Assembly (NCBI GenBank): GCA_033762915.1
Contig: JANRLD010000060.1
Location: 1 to 64,000, forward strand
DNA: 64,000 bases
From: Meiothermus sp.
GTDB taxonomy: Bacteria > Deinococcota > Deinococci > Deinococcales > Thermaceae
Direction: 5' to 3'
This document shows positions 48,316 to 58,259 of the stretch, piece by piece (position 1 is the first letter of the stretch; each line of letters starts with the position of its first letter). The notes under the pieces were generated by a model. That model ran no database searches. It was given only the letters and a program-made list of their open reading frames with translations, and was not told where the DNA came from. The position numbers and the translations under genes are program-made.

Positions 48316-49428
48316 TCACTGCTGTACGGGGATGGTCGCCAGCATCTCGGGGATGGTGACGAAGCGGTAGCCTTGGGCTTGCAGGCCCTCGAGGATTGCG
48401 GGAAGGGCCGCAACCGTGCGAGCCCGGTTGCCACCGCCGTCGTGCAACAGAACGATAGCGCCAGGGCGGGCGGCCCCCAGGACGTTCTCGACGATCTGCT
48501 GGCTGCCCACAGATGGCTCCCAGTCGTTGGATTGGGCACTCCACATCACTACCGTGTAACCCTCGCGCAGCGCCCAGTCGGCCAGCCCATTGTTCAGCCG
48601 CCCGCCGGGGGGCCGGAACAGGCGGCCCGAGCCCCCGACGGCCTCGAGCAGCTGCTGGGTGCTCTGGAGTTCGCGCTGGGCCTGGAGGTCGTCGGCTGGG
48701 GCGGTGCGGTGGGTCCAGGTGTGGTTGCCCGCCGCGTGCCCGGCGGCCAGCACCGCCCGCGCCACGTCGGGGTTGCGATCCAGCTCTTGCCCGACCCAGA
48801 AGAAGGTGGCCCGCACGCCATAGCGGGCCAGGGTTTCCAGCACCTGCGGGGTGAACTCGGGGCTGGGGCCGTCGTCGAAGGTCAGGGCGATGAGCCTGTC
48901 GGAGGCGGTCGCGGGTGCGCGGCGCAGGATCAGGCCGTCGGGCCGCCCCGCGATCTTGACCCGGGTGTTGGGGGTAGGGTTGACCATCGGACTGGCGGGG
49001 CCTGGGGTGGGGTCGGCCTCGGGGACGTAGGTGAGCTGGGGAGTGGAGACCGGGGGCTGGGCTGACGGCGGGCTGGGCTCGGGCGGGGGGTTGGACGGCT
49101 CAACTGGCCCGGCGGGGCTCGGGGTTTGAGAGGGTGGGGGCGACTCGGGCGCGGCCTGGGGCTCTGGCTTTGGCTCTTCCAGTGGCCGGACCGAGATGAC
49201 GGGGTTGCGCGGTGCGGGCTGGGCGGCGGGAGGGCTCGAGGGCTGAGCTGCTGGCGGGGGGGTGGGCCGGGTTGGGGCTACACCGGTTGAGGCCGGCTGC
49301 GGCCGGACGGAGAGCACCTCGAGCCACACCCAAGCGCCGACCGCGAGCAGGCCGACGACCAGCACGGCGCGGGTCCAGGCTGCGGGGTCGCCGGAGCTGC
49401 GGGAGCGAGGGCGGTTGCGGCGGGCCAT
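48316..49428 (-). CDS. Membrane-anchored polysaccharide deacetylase with a Pro-rich linker
   Basis: TM helix and P/S/T linker; ALTFDDGP, GNHTWTH, FRPPGG and LLHDGGG. Confidence 0.9.
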   Translation of the reverse strand: MARRNRPRSRSSGDPAAWTRAVLVVGLLAVGAWVWLEVLSVRPQPASTGVAPTRPTPPPAAQPSSPPAAQPAPRNPVISVRPLEEPKPEPQAAPESPPPSQTPSPAGPVEPSNPPPEPSPPSAQPPVSTPQLTYVPEADPTPGPASPMVNPTPNTRVKIAGRPDGLILRRAPATASDRLIALTFDDGPSPEFTPQVLETLARYGVRATFFWVGQELDRNPDVARAVLAAGHAAGNHTWTHRTAPADDLQAQRELQSTQQLLEAVGGSGRLFRPPGGRLNNGLADWALREGYTVVMWSAQSNDWEPSVGSQQIVENVLGAARPGAIVLLHDGGGNRARTVAALPAILEGLQAQGYRFVTIPEMLATIPVQQ

Positions 49429-49781
49429 TGAACCTATCCTAATTGACTCCGTGATAGAAATGCGAAAAGCCGCCCCGGGACGCCCACAAGAGACTGCACC
49501 GTGCTTGCGCGGGTGCCCGCTTTTAAGTGCGCCAGCGCGAAAGTGCGGAATTGGCGGATACGGCAAATTTGTGCCTGGAACAATTCCCTGCAAGAGCTGG
49601 CGGGTGAAAATTCGCATTCCAACTATGGGGAGACGATTAGGGTCTTCGGTGGCTTTGCATCTCTCCCACGCCCCCCAGGGTGCGGAACGGTGGAAAGTCC
49701 GGCCTACTCTGCCCGCGTCGACTCGCCCGCTGACGGCGCAACCGATGTTGCGAAAGCCGGGGTGGAGGCGAAGCCGAGGCC

Positions 49782-51926
49782 CTACTGCCGCTGCAAGTAC
49801 CGCCACGAGACCGCGCCTATATTCACGTCGCCGACATATACCTTGCCGTCGGCGAGGTCACGCCAGCTACCCTCGGGAAGCCTGAGGCTGGCCGCCTCGA
49901 GGCCATTGTTGAAGGCCGCCAACAACTCGCCCTGGCCCGCCTCTCCGCGCAGGAAGGCCAGCAGCGGGCCCTCGCCCAGGTAGGTTCGGAACAGGCTCGA
50001 GGCCAGTGCCGTGTTCTCCTTGCGCAGCTTGCCCAGCAGTTGGTAGTGCCGCAGCACCTCGGGGTTGCACCGCTCCCACTGCATCGGGGCCCGGTACAGT
50101 TCGTTGACCGGCCACTGACCGGCCTGGCCGTTAAAACCACACTCTTCTCCCTGGAAAAACATTGGGGTGCCGGGGAGGGCATACAGAATAGCCGAGGCCA
50201 GCCTCAACCGTTGGAGCGACTCCGGGCTGGGCGTCTCGCCGAGGTTGCCGCCGCCAAGGTCGGAGAGCACCCTAGGGGTGTCGTGCGAACCGATCAGGTT
50301 GAAGCCTTGGGCCGCCACCGCCTCGGAGTAGGTGGCGTAGACCTGGGCCAGCTGGGTCTGGGCCCGGCGCCCGTTCTGCAGCGGCCCGCCCCGGGCAAAG
50401 CCCAATGCCCCGCCGAAGGCGGGCGGGGAGCCGCCGCGCCCCAGGGTGTAGTTCATCAGGGAGTCGTACTGGTCGCCCTGCAGGTACTGCGGGCGCAGGT
50501 CCCAGACCTCGCCCACCAGGTAGGCGTCGGGCTTGACCGCCTTGACCTCTGCCCGCCAGCGCCGGGTGAACTCGGTAGAAACCTCGTTGGCCACGTCCAC
50601 CCGAATGCCGTCGAAGCCGAAGCGCAGCCAGTACTTGGAGACCTCGATTAAGTAGCGCTGCACGCCCGCGTTGCCCGTGTTGAGCTTGGGCAGGCTGCCC
50701 AGGTTGGCCCAGCCGATGTAGGCGTTGCCGTCGCCGGCGCGGAAGGGCCACTGTTTGACAAAGTACCAGTTCCAGTATGGTGAGTTGCGCCCGCGCCGCA
50801 CCACGTCCTGGAAGGCCCAGAACCCCACCCCAGTGTGGTTGGGCACGAAGTCGAAGACCACCTTGATGCCGCGCCGGCGGGCCTCGGCCAGAAGCCGCCT
50901 CAGGGTAGCCTTGTCGCCCAGGCGGGGGGCCACCTCCATGTAGTCGTGGGTGTCGTAGCCGTGGGCCGAGCCCGAGCCGAACAGGGGGTTGAAGTAGATC
51001 AGCGAGACACCAAGAGCCTCCAGATGCGGTAGCTTCTCGAGCACCCCTGCGAGGTCCCCGCCGAAATACTGCTGGCAGCAGTGGTACGTCGCGGGCGGGT
51101 CGGTCCAGCCCGAAAGGTAGGGCTTCTGCCCCGACCAGGTGGCATCAAAGACGGCCTGCGAGGTCTCGAGGGCCCGGGCGTCGTTGGAAGGGTCGGCGTT
51201 CCAGAAGCGGTCGGGGAAAATCTGGTAGCCCACCCGGCTGCCGACCCAGGAGACGGCCTTAACCGGGCTTTCGGGCGCCGTATAGGGGCCGAACTCGGCC
51301 TCCTGGCCCTCGGCCGAGACCACCTTTATGCGGTACTCGCCCAGGTCGGGCGGGACGCTCACGCGCCACATCTCGTTCTCGGGCGTGGCGATCTGGCGGG
51401 CGAACTCCAGCGTGGTCTTGGAGCTCTGGAGCTGGGCCGACTTTATCCGCTCTGGTTCGACGGCGAAGCGCAGGGAGAGCCGACCGCCCACCGCCGAGAC
51501 GAAGCGGGGCGCGGCGGGGTCGTGCTCGAAGCCAAACTGCGGTCCGTCGGCTTGGGCCTGGTCGCCTTCCGCACCGATCACGCGCACCGCGTTCTGGCCG
51601 CCCTGGCCGTCGTCGGTGCAGCGCGTCGACTCCTCATCCACCCCCGGTGAGCCAAACTGCTCGTCTTCGCACATGTTCTTGGGCCACTGCCCGTTGATGA
51701 AGAACTTGTACTCAATCGGCCCAGGCGCAAGCGCCACGGTAACCGACCAGGCGCCCGACTCGCTGCGACTCATGGGCAGCTCGGCCCAGTCGTTGAAGCT
51801 GCCCCGCACGCTCACCGACCTGACCTCCACGGTGCTGGGTGGGTCGTAGGTGAAGGTCACCTCGAGCCTCTGCTGGGCGGCAGCAAAGCCCAGCAGCACA
51901 ACGATTAACAGCCAGATTCGTTTCAC
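49782..51926 (-). CDS. Secreted GH13 amylase/amylopullulanase-type enzyme with an N-terminal glycogen-binding module
   Basis: Signal peptide; VRGSFNDW...YKFFING; YQIFPDRF, DFVPNH, GIRVDV and GSHD. The start codon is approximate. Confidence 0.9.
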   Translation of the reverse strand: MKRIWLLIVVLLGFAAAQQRLEVTFTYDPPSTVEVRSVSVRGSFNDWAELPMSRSESGAWSVTVALAPGPIEYKFFINGQWPKNMCEDEQFGSPGVDEESTRCTDDGQGGQNAVRVIGAEGDQAQADGPQFGFEHDPAAPRFVSAVGGRLSLRFAVEPERIKSAQLQSSKTTLEFARQIATPENEMWRVSVPPDLGEYRIKVVSAEGQEAEFGPYTAPESPVKAVSWVGSRVGYQIFPDRFWNADPSNDARALETSQAVFDATWSGQKPYLSGWTDPPATYHCCQQYFGGDLAGVLEKLPHLEALGVSLIYFNPLFGSGSAHGYDTHDYMEVAPRLGDKATLRRLLAEARRRGIKVVFDFVPNHTGVGFWAFQDVVRRGRNSPYWNWYFVKQWPFRAGDGNAYIGWANLGSLPKLNTGNAGVQRYLIEVSKYWLRFGFDGIRVDVANEVSTEFTRRWRAEVKAVKPDAYLVGEVWDLRPQYLQGDQYDSLMNYTLGRGGSPPAFGGALGFARGGPLQNGRRAQTQLAQVYATYSEAVAAQGFNLIGSHDTPRVLSDLGGGNLGETPSPESLQRLRLASAILYALPGTPMFFQGEECGFNGQAGQWPVNELYRAPMQWERCNPEVLRHYQLLGKLRKENTALASSLFRTYLGEGPLLAFLRGEAGQGELLAAFNNGLEAASLRLPEGSWRDLADGKVYVGDVNIGAVSWRYLQRQ

Positions 51927-52030
51927 CTTTACCCCCACCGTGTCAGCACTCTCTTTGGGATGCGCGGCGGTGGGGGAGACCCGCCCCACGGCGCATTGTT
52001 TGCTCAACCGCCCTGCACCCGCGCGACTTT

Positions 52031-55000
52031 TTACCGGCCCGGCTCCACGAAAACCGCCGTAGTCCTGGCGGGCACCGTGAAGGCGTTGCTGGCGAACCTC
52101 GAGCCACGGGTCACCGGGTCGCTCGAGGCCGTCTGCACGGGGTGCAGTTGCCAGGCCCCGTTCAGGCTGGCGTCGGCTACGTTGGCGGCGCTGGCGGTGG
52201 CGTTAAAGACCACCAGCACCCGCCGGTTGGCGCTGTCCAGGGCCGGCTGGCCCGAACTCAGCAGCATCACAATCAAGCCGGGGGTCTGGTTGAGGTTGGC
52301 AGGGAATGAGACTCGAGCCTGTACGTCGGCGGCGGTGCGCAGGCGGAACAGGGGGGAGGACTTTCGGATGCGCAGCAGCTCCTGAAAGTAGGCCGCCGCG
52401 CCCTGGATGTCGGCAGGGCGAATGTTGAGGTTGGGGTTTGCCAGGAGCGGCCGGAGGTAGCTGAAGCGGTTCTGGTTGTCGGCCGCCATGGGGAGGCCCA
52501 CCGCCCAATTGTTGCTCTGCATGCCCCAGTCGATGCGGTTAAACCAGTCGCCGGAGTTGTAGGAGTTGCGGTCGCCCGACTTGGAGCGCAGCAGATCGTC
52601 GCCGGCGTGGAAGAAGGGGATACCCTGGGCGAACATCACCAGGGCCGAGCCCAGGTTGTTCATGCGAATGCGGTCGGCCACGCTGGCCGCCTCGGGCGCC
52701 TTGTACATTACCGCGTCGAAGAGGGTTTCGTTGTCGTGCTTGGAGACGTAATTGATGATCTCCTGGGGATCGGCGGTGTAGCCGGCGGGCGAGCCGTTGT
52801 AGTCGACCCGGCTGCCCTGGGTGTCCATAAAGCGGTAGTCGCGCAGCCCGCCCGCCAGACCCACCCGAATCCACTGGGTCTGGGTCAGCAGGCGCTGGCG
52901 CTGAAGCTCGGCATTGGTTCCGGTGTGGGCGCTGGGGGCAGTGAAGAGGCCGCTGATAAAGCCCTGGTCGCGGGGGTCGCCGAATGGCCCGCCGCCCCGC
53001 GCCGCGTCGCGCAGCCGGTCGTTGAAGGTGGCGATGCCGGTCCCGGCCATGTTGGTTTGGGTGGCGTTGACGCCGCGCGCGTTGTTGGCCACCTCGCCGA
53101 AGTTCCAGCCCTCGCCGTAGACCACGATGCGCCGGCCGTCCACGCCGTCCCTCTCGAGTGTCAGCCCGTCGAGCGCCCGGCGCACGGCTTCCATATTGGT
53201 CTTCATGTGGTGGCCCATCAGGTCGAAGCGGAACCCATCGACCTTGTAGGCCCGGGCCCACAACAGCACCGAGTCCACCATGAACCGCTCCATCATCCGG
53301 TGCTCGGTGGCGGTGTTCTGGCAGCAGGTCGAGGTCTCGACGTTGCCGTCCCGGTTGAGGCGGTGGTAATAGCCGGGCACGATGCGATCGAAGACCGACT
53401 TTTCGCCCTGACCGGCCTGGGCGGTGTGGTTGTAGACCACATCCACCACCAGCCGCAGCCCAATCCCATTAACCGCCGCCACCATTTCGCGGAACTCCAG
53501 CGTCCGTGACGGCCCGTCGGGGTTGGTGGCATACGAGCCCTCGGGCGCGTTGAAGTGGAAGGGGTCGTAGCCCCAGTTGAAGGGGTCTTCGTCGCGAATG
53601 GCGGTAATGGCCTTCTGCTGCTCGTCGGAGTCGCGGGCGAAGCGGCCGAGGTCGCCGGGCGACTTCCAGCGGCTCTTGTCCTCGTCGATGGTGGCGATGT
53701 CCATCACCGGCAGCAGGTGCAGGTGGGTCAGGCCGGCCCCGGCCAGGGCGCGCAGGTGCTTCATCCCGCTGGACTCGAGGTTGGTGAAGGCCTTGAAGGT
53801 CCCCCGCTGCGCCGCCGGGACGGTGTTATCGGAGGCGCTGAAGTCGCGGACGTGCATCTCGTAGATCACCGCGTCTTCGGGGGCCTCGAGGGCCGGTTTG
53901 CGCAGGGCGTCCCAGCCCTGCGGCTTGAGCGCCGCGTCGCTCAGGTCCACGATTTGCGAGCGCCTGGAGTTGGTGGAGAGCGCCACCGAGTAGGGGTCGG
54001 TGACGAGGTTGGTCTCGACCTTTCCGGTCTGCCGCACGAAGACCTGCACATCGTAGAGGTAAAAGCGGTTTTTCCAGTTGGCCTCGCCCTGGACGGCCCA
54101 GACCCCGTTTTGCTCGGTCATCTCCACGACCCTTGGGGTTCCGCCGGTGCTGCTGTCGAAAAGCTGAACTTTCACCGAACGCGCCGTGGGAGCCCAGACC
54201 CGCAGGTTGGGGCGTCCGCCCTCCCAGGTCACCCCCAGCGGTCCGCTGTAGAAGAACAGGTCGTCCAGCACACCGGGGGTCTGCATGGAGGTGGCGTCGA
54301 GCAGCTTGCCGTCGGCGGCGAAGGCGGCCAGCGCGGCCTGCGTCTTGAGGATGCCTCCCACCTTGCTCAGCTCGTCGGCAGGCAGCTTAAAGGCGCGCAG
54401 GTTGGCGAGGTGGGGCCACCTGGCCTTGAGGGCGGCGGGGAGTTCGGCGGCCTCGAGGGTGATTGGGAAGCCGCCGGTGATGCCGTCCTTGTTTAGGGTC
54501 AGCCGCGCGCTGGGGCTGTAAAAAAGTCGGACTGTGGAGCCCTGGGCAAAGCCGGCCGGATTCCAGGCGATCAGGTCTCGAGTCAGCCAGTGGGCCTGGG
54601 CTTTGGCCAGGTCTCCGGCCTGAACTACAGAGGTATCTGGCCGCTGATAGTTAACCCGGCTCGAGCCCGACACGATCCAGACCTCCCGACCCTGAGCGAG
54701 GTCCATAAACTGGTCGGGGCCAGGGTCTTTGTCGTCGCCCTTGTGCACAATGAAGCCGACCCGCTTGGCCTCGGGCTTGAGGCGGAAGTCGAAGTATACC
54801 CCGAAGTCGGAGCGGCCGGTTTGGGGAAAGGGCTTGGTCCACTCGACCTGCTCGAGGGTGTCCTCCCACAGGTGCAACTCCCAGCCGGTGTAGTTGCCGT
54901 CGGGGCGGAAGTAGTGGACCCGAGCAAAGCCCTGCCGCAGGGCCGGCGCAGGGTTACCGCCCGGGGCCTGTGCGGCCTGGGCTTGCGTGGTCTGGCCCGC

Positions 55001-55369
55001 GCTCGCGCCCGCTCCGACGATCCGCACAGCGTTCTTGCCGCCGTTGTTGTCGTCCACACATTCGGCGGCCTCGGGGTCGATCTTTCCGCCCTGAGCGGCG
55101 AACTGCCCGCCGTTGCACATGTCGCCCGGCCACTGCCCGTTGATAAAGAACTTGTACTGGTAGCGCCCCGGCTGCAAGTCCACGGTCACGCCCCAAAGAT
55201 TACCCTCTTTCAGCATGGGCGTTTCACCCCAGTTGTTAAACTGCCCGCGCAGACTCACCGTCCTGACCTCGAGGCCGCCCGGCGGCGCGTAGGTGAACTT
55301 TACGGGAACCGCCATTGCGGTGCCCAACACCGCACCCAGCAACACCAGCCCGACCCAGAACCAACGCAT
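52031..55369 (-). CDS. pulA: Pullulanase-type alpha-1,6-glucosidase with carbohydrate-binding modules
   Basis: Signal peptide; FNWGYDP, DVVYNH, GFRFDLMGH, YGEGW and YVSKHDN; SD AAGGAGG. Confidence 0.92.
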   Translation of the reverse strand: MRWFWVGLVLLGAVLGTAMAVPVKFTYAPPGGLEVRTVSLRGQFNNWGETPMLKEGNLWGVTVDLQPGRYQYKFFINGQWPGDMCNGGQFAAQGGKIDPEAAECVDDNNGGKNAVRIVGAGASAGQTTQAQAAQAPGGNPAPALRQGFARVHYFRPDGNYTGWELHLWEDTLEQVEWTKPFPQTGRSDFGVYFDFRLKPEAKRVGFIVHKGDDKDPGPDQFMDLAQGREVWIVSGSSRVNYQRPDTSVVQAGDLAKAQAHWLTRDLIAWNPAGFAQGSTVRLFYSPSARLTLNKDGITGGFPITLEAAELPAALKARWPHLANLRAFKLPADELSKVGGILKTQAALAAFAADGKLLDATSMQTPGVLDDLFFYSGPLGVTWEGGRPNLRVWAPTARSVKVQLFDSSTGGTPRVVEMTEQNGVWAVQGEANWKNRFYLYDVQVFVRQTGKVETNLVTDPYSVALSTNSRRSQIVDLSDAALKPQGWDALRKPALEAPEDAVIYEMHVRDFSASDNTVPAAQRGTFKAFTNLESSGMKHLRALAGAGLTHLHLLPVMDIATIDEDKSRWKSPGDLGRFARDSDEQQKAITAIRDEDPFNWGYDPFHFNAPEGSYATNPDGPSRTLEFREMVAAVNGIGLRLVVDVVYNHTAQAGQGEKSVFDRIVPGYYHRLNRDGNVETSTCCQNTATEHRMMERFMVDSVLLWARAYKVDGFRFDLMGHHMKTNMEAVRRALDGLTLERDGVDGRRIVVYGEGWNFGEVANNARGVNATQTNMAGTGIATFNDRLRDAARGGGPFGDPRDQGFISGLFTAPSAHTGTNAELQRQRLLTQTQWIRVGLAGGLRDYRFMDTQGSRVDYNGSPAGYTADPQEIINYVSKHDNETLFDAVMYKAPEAASVADRIRMNNLGSALVMFAQGIPFFHAGDDLLRSKSGDRNSYNSGDWFNRIDWGMQSNNWAVGLPMAADNQNRFSYLRPLLANPNLNIRPADIQGAAAYFQELLRIRKSSPLFRLRTAADVQARVSFPANLNQTPGLIVMLLSSGQPALDSANRRVLVVFNATASAANVADASLNGAWQLHPVQTASSDPVTRGSRFASNAFTVPARTTAVFVEPGR

Positions 55370-55444
55370 CACTCCTCCTTTTGGCCCGTCCAGGCCGCCG
55401 AGCAGCAGGCTTGCCCCCAGTGTCGACAGCCGGGATCAAAACGA

Positions 55445-55458
55445 TTGAAGCGTTTCCA
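55445..55458. promoter_or_regulatory. LacI-type operator upstream of pullulanase
   Basis: TTGAAGCGTTTCCA (reverse complement TGGAAACGCTTCAA). Confidence 0.6.
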
Positions 55459-55586
55459 GACTACCCCAATTCCCCAGCCGGGGCAAATGGGGAATGGAAC
55501 CATTCCGGCCGAGATCCGCAGTACTGCCGGCGGCATCATGAGTAAGGAGGCCCAGCGTGGGGCCTCCCAAGGACGCCAAAACGGGT

Positions 55587-57416
55587 TCAAACCACTTCGA
55601 ATCTGCGCATCATCTCGTGGTCCTCGTGGGAGAGGATATGGCAGTGCCAGACGTAGGTGCCGGGGCGGTCGAAGAGGGCGGTTACGCGGGTCACCTCGCC
55701 GGGGTACATTACGGCGGTGTCCTTCCAGCCCGACTCCTCAGCGGCGGGCGGCCTGGGGCCGCCGACCAGCCGGATGTTGTTCAGCCGGCCGCCGATCGAA
55801 CTCCCGTTGACCTTGGGCACGACCGTGGCCTTGTAGGGCTGGCGGCTCTGGATGCGGAAGTTTACCAGGTGGAGGTGCATGGGGTGGGCGTCCACCGTGG
55901 CATTGAAGATTTCCCAGGTCTCGACCGTGTTCAAAGCGGGCTTTTCTGTGGTGGGGTCGTCCCAGAGATAGGTGCCGCCCGCCACCTCGCCCAGCAGGGG
56001 CTGGATGCGGCCGTACCTGTCGGTGCCCTCGAGCAGCAGCAGCTGGCGGGTTCGAACCGGCGCGGGCAGTGAGGGCGCGGCCCCCAGGCTGGCCGGCAGC
56101 CGGTTGTCCTGGGTACGGCTCACCGTGCCGCCGACCCGGAACTGCATGACCTGTCCCACCGTGCGTGGCTCGGGGTTGACCCCGCCAGGGAAGGGGGCGC
56201 GGGCGGTGTTGCGCAGGTTCAGGCTCTGCCCAGCGAAGCCGGCGAAGTCCACCACCACGTCGTAGCGCTCTCCGGGCCCGATGGTGAGCTGGGAGACCTG
56301 TACCGGCGCCGGCAGCAGCCCGCCGTCGTTGCCGATGACCCACATCGGGGGGCCGCCGGCGATGCGCAGCTGATAAAACCTCGAGTCCGAGCCGTTGAGT
56401 AGCCGCAGCCGGTACTTGCGCGGCTCGACATTGAGGAAGGGCCAAGTCTTGCCGTTGACCAGGATAAAGTTCCCGAAGAACTCCGGCAGCGCACTGGGTC
56501 CGCCGGGCCAGGGGGCGAAGCCGGGCTGCACCATGGCCAGGGCGAAGTCCGACGGGTAGAAGAGCTGGCCGTTGATATCGAAAAAGCGATCCTGGATTAC
56601 CAGAGGGATCTCGTAGGGGAAAGCCGGAAGGCCCAGCGGGTTGTCGGGCCTGCCGGTGTCCAGGCCGTCGCGGATGAAGTACAGCCCGGCCAGTCCGGCG
56701 TACACATTGAGCCGGGTGATGCCCAGGGCATGGTCGTGGTACCAGAGGTTGGCGGCCGGCTGGTCGTTGTCGTAGACGTAGGTCTGCTTGGTCCAGCCCG
56801 GCCCCATCATGGCGAAGTTGGGGGTGAACCAGTCGTCGGGCAGGCCGTCGCTGGCCGCCTCGCTGTGGCCCCCGTGGAGGTGGGTGACCAAGGGTACGCC
56901 GTCTTGCGGCAGGGAGTGCCCAGCGTGCGGCCCGTGGCCAAAGGCCCAGTGCAGGGTGGAGTCTACCGGAAGCACGTGCCCCGGCCCCACCGGCAGGTTG
57001 TTGGTCCAGTTCACCCGGGTGCGCTGGCCCCTAACCACCTCGAAAGTACGCCCTGGGTAGGTGGGCGTCTGGCCGGGCTGCCCGTAGCCCCACACGGTTG
57101 TGCTGGGGAAGCCTGGGCCCAGCAAGTTCTGCTGGAACTGGCCCACCCCGACTCGGTAGTTGTAGGGCTGTCCCTGGCCGTCGAAGCCCGGATTGGGCGT
57201 GTACTTAAAGGAGGGGTCAAGCGGGTTGGGCACCGGCTGTACAAACTTGGGATGGTTGAGCGCGCTCAGCAGGTTGCCCGTCGGCACCGCCTTCATGTGG
57301 CCCGGGTGGCCCTCCTCGAGGCCTTCCTGAGCGGCGTCTGGAGGGGCAGCGCAGGCCGCGATGAGCCCAACGCCCGATAACGCACCGTACCCGAGAACCT
57401 GTCTCCGGCTAATCAT
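55587..57416 (-). CDS. Multicopper oxidase (CotA/bilirubin oxidase-like), Tat lipoprotein
   Basis: Signal SRRQVL...IAAC; copper motifs HLHG, WYHDH, HPMHLH and HCHILSHEDHEM. Confidence 0.95.
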   Translation of the reverse strand: MISRRQVLGYGALSGVGLIAACAAPPDAAQEGLEEGHPGHMKAVPTGNLLSALNHPKFVQPVPNPLDPSFKYTPNPGFDGQGQPYNYRVGVGQFQQNLLGPGFPSTTVWGYGQPGQTPTYPGRTFEVVRGQRTRVNWTNNLPVGPGHVLPVDSTLHWAFGHGPHAGHSLPQDGVPLVTHLHGGHSEAASDGLPDDWFTPNFAMMGPGWTKQTYVYDNDQPAANLWYHDHALGITRLNVYAGLAGLYFIRDGLDTGRPDNPLGLPAFPYEIPLVIQDRFFDINGQLFYPSDFALAMVQPGFAPWPGGPSALPEFFGNFILVNGKTWPFLNVEPRKYRLRLLNGSDSRFYQLRIAGGPPMWVIGNDGGLLPAPVQVSQLTIGPGERYDVVVDFAGFAGQSLNLRNTARAPFPGGVNPEPRTVGQVMQFRVGGTVSRTQDNRLPASLGAAPSLPAPVRTRQLLLLEGTDRYGRIQPLLGEVAGGTYLWDDPTTEKPALNTVETWEIFNATVDAHPMHLHLVNFRIQSRQPYKATVVPKVNGSSIGGRLNNIRLVGGPRPPAAEESGWKDTAVMYPGEVTRVTALFDRPGTYVWHCHILSHEDHEMMRRFEVV

Positions 57417-58054
57417 ATAAACCCCCTGCGTCTCAAACCCTGCCCAGGTTGATGAGTTCTTTGACAACAGAATGTTAAAACTCTATGAAGTTGACAGATG
57501 TCCCAGGGTAGGTACTTAACGCCACTTTTCGCCAAACCGAAACGGGCGTTGGGCTCGAGGTAGATCCTCAAAACATGCCATCCAGGCAAACTGCCGTTGG
57601 TGTTGGTCTGGTACAAAATATACCAAGTACAAATAGGTGCCAACACCCGAAAGTGGGCGGTTACGTGACTCTAAGCTGCGCCATAGGAAGAGCAGTTCCC
57701 ACACATACTCCCTACGGCGCTAAAGCGGGTGGTTTTTGCTGTAGGGCGGTTGCCACGAACACTCGGTACGGCGGTTTTTGCCATACCGAGTGCACTACGT
57801 CGCTTTATCGCCCGCTTTATCGCAGCACCGCGGGCGGAGTAGTGGTGGGAGACGCGATAGGAAGTACATTACCTGTCGCCGCCAAGGAGGTAGTGGTGGG
57901 GAATGCGATGAGTTTGCGCAACCCTACGCGCGACCTCGGCAGCGAGCGGCTTACCGGTGCAATTCCCCAACGGGCTGCCAGGTGGCATTTCGCATATCAG
58001 TTGTGGAGACTCATTAACATCGACTCACCCCCAGCAGACCGCCTCGAGCCTCCC

Positions 58055-58083
58055 TTGACACCCGTGGTGCGGGCCTATACACT
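58055..58083 (+). promoter_or_regulatory. Sigma70 promoter of the DAHP synthase leader
   Basis: TTGACA-17-TACACT. Confidence 0.85.
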
Positions 58084-58092
58084 CTGCCGCAT

Positions 58093-58176
58093 ATGCAAGG
58101 CAGCGTGGGGCTCAGGCAAAGTGGCTACTTTTTTAGCTACTTTTATCGGCCTGTTGTCCCCGAGAGGCTTGCGTAG
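58093..58176 (+). CDS. Tyr/Phe-rich attenuator leader peptide, 27 aa
   Basis: MQGSVGLRQSGYFFSYFYRPVVPERLA; six of seven consecutive codons are Tyr or Phe. Confidence 0.85.
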   Translation: MQGSVGLRQSGYFFSYFYRPVVPERLA

Positions 58177-58200
58177 CGCGTTGTAGGAGCTAACCAATCC

Positions 58201-58230
58201 AACCCGGGGACAACCTCCCCGGGTTTTTTT
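58201..58230 (+). terminator. Attenuator terminator
   Basis: AACCCGGGGA-CAACC-TCCCCGGGTT followed by a T run. The 5' arm can alternatively pair with GTTGTCCCCG (58153-58162). Confidence 0.9.
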
Positions 58231-58259
58231 GTGTGGCTCAGACGGCGAAGGAGCGTTTT

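Noticed and set aside
57470..58050. Long intergenic stretch and the 203-aa ORF 57575-58186
   Set aside because: No protein-like features or host codon bias, and no RNA motif or copper-regulator box I can support.
58084..58230. T-box riboswitch upstream of DAHP synthase
   Set aside because: No T-box antiterminator consensus (TGGNACC) or long stem I is present; the leader-peptide model explains the sequence fully.
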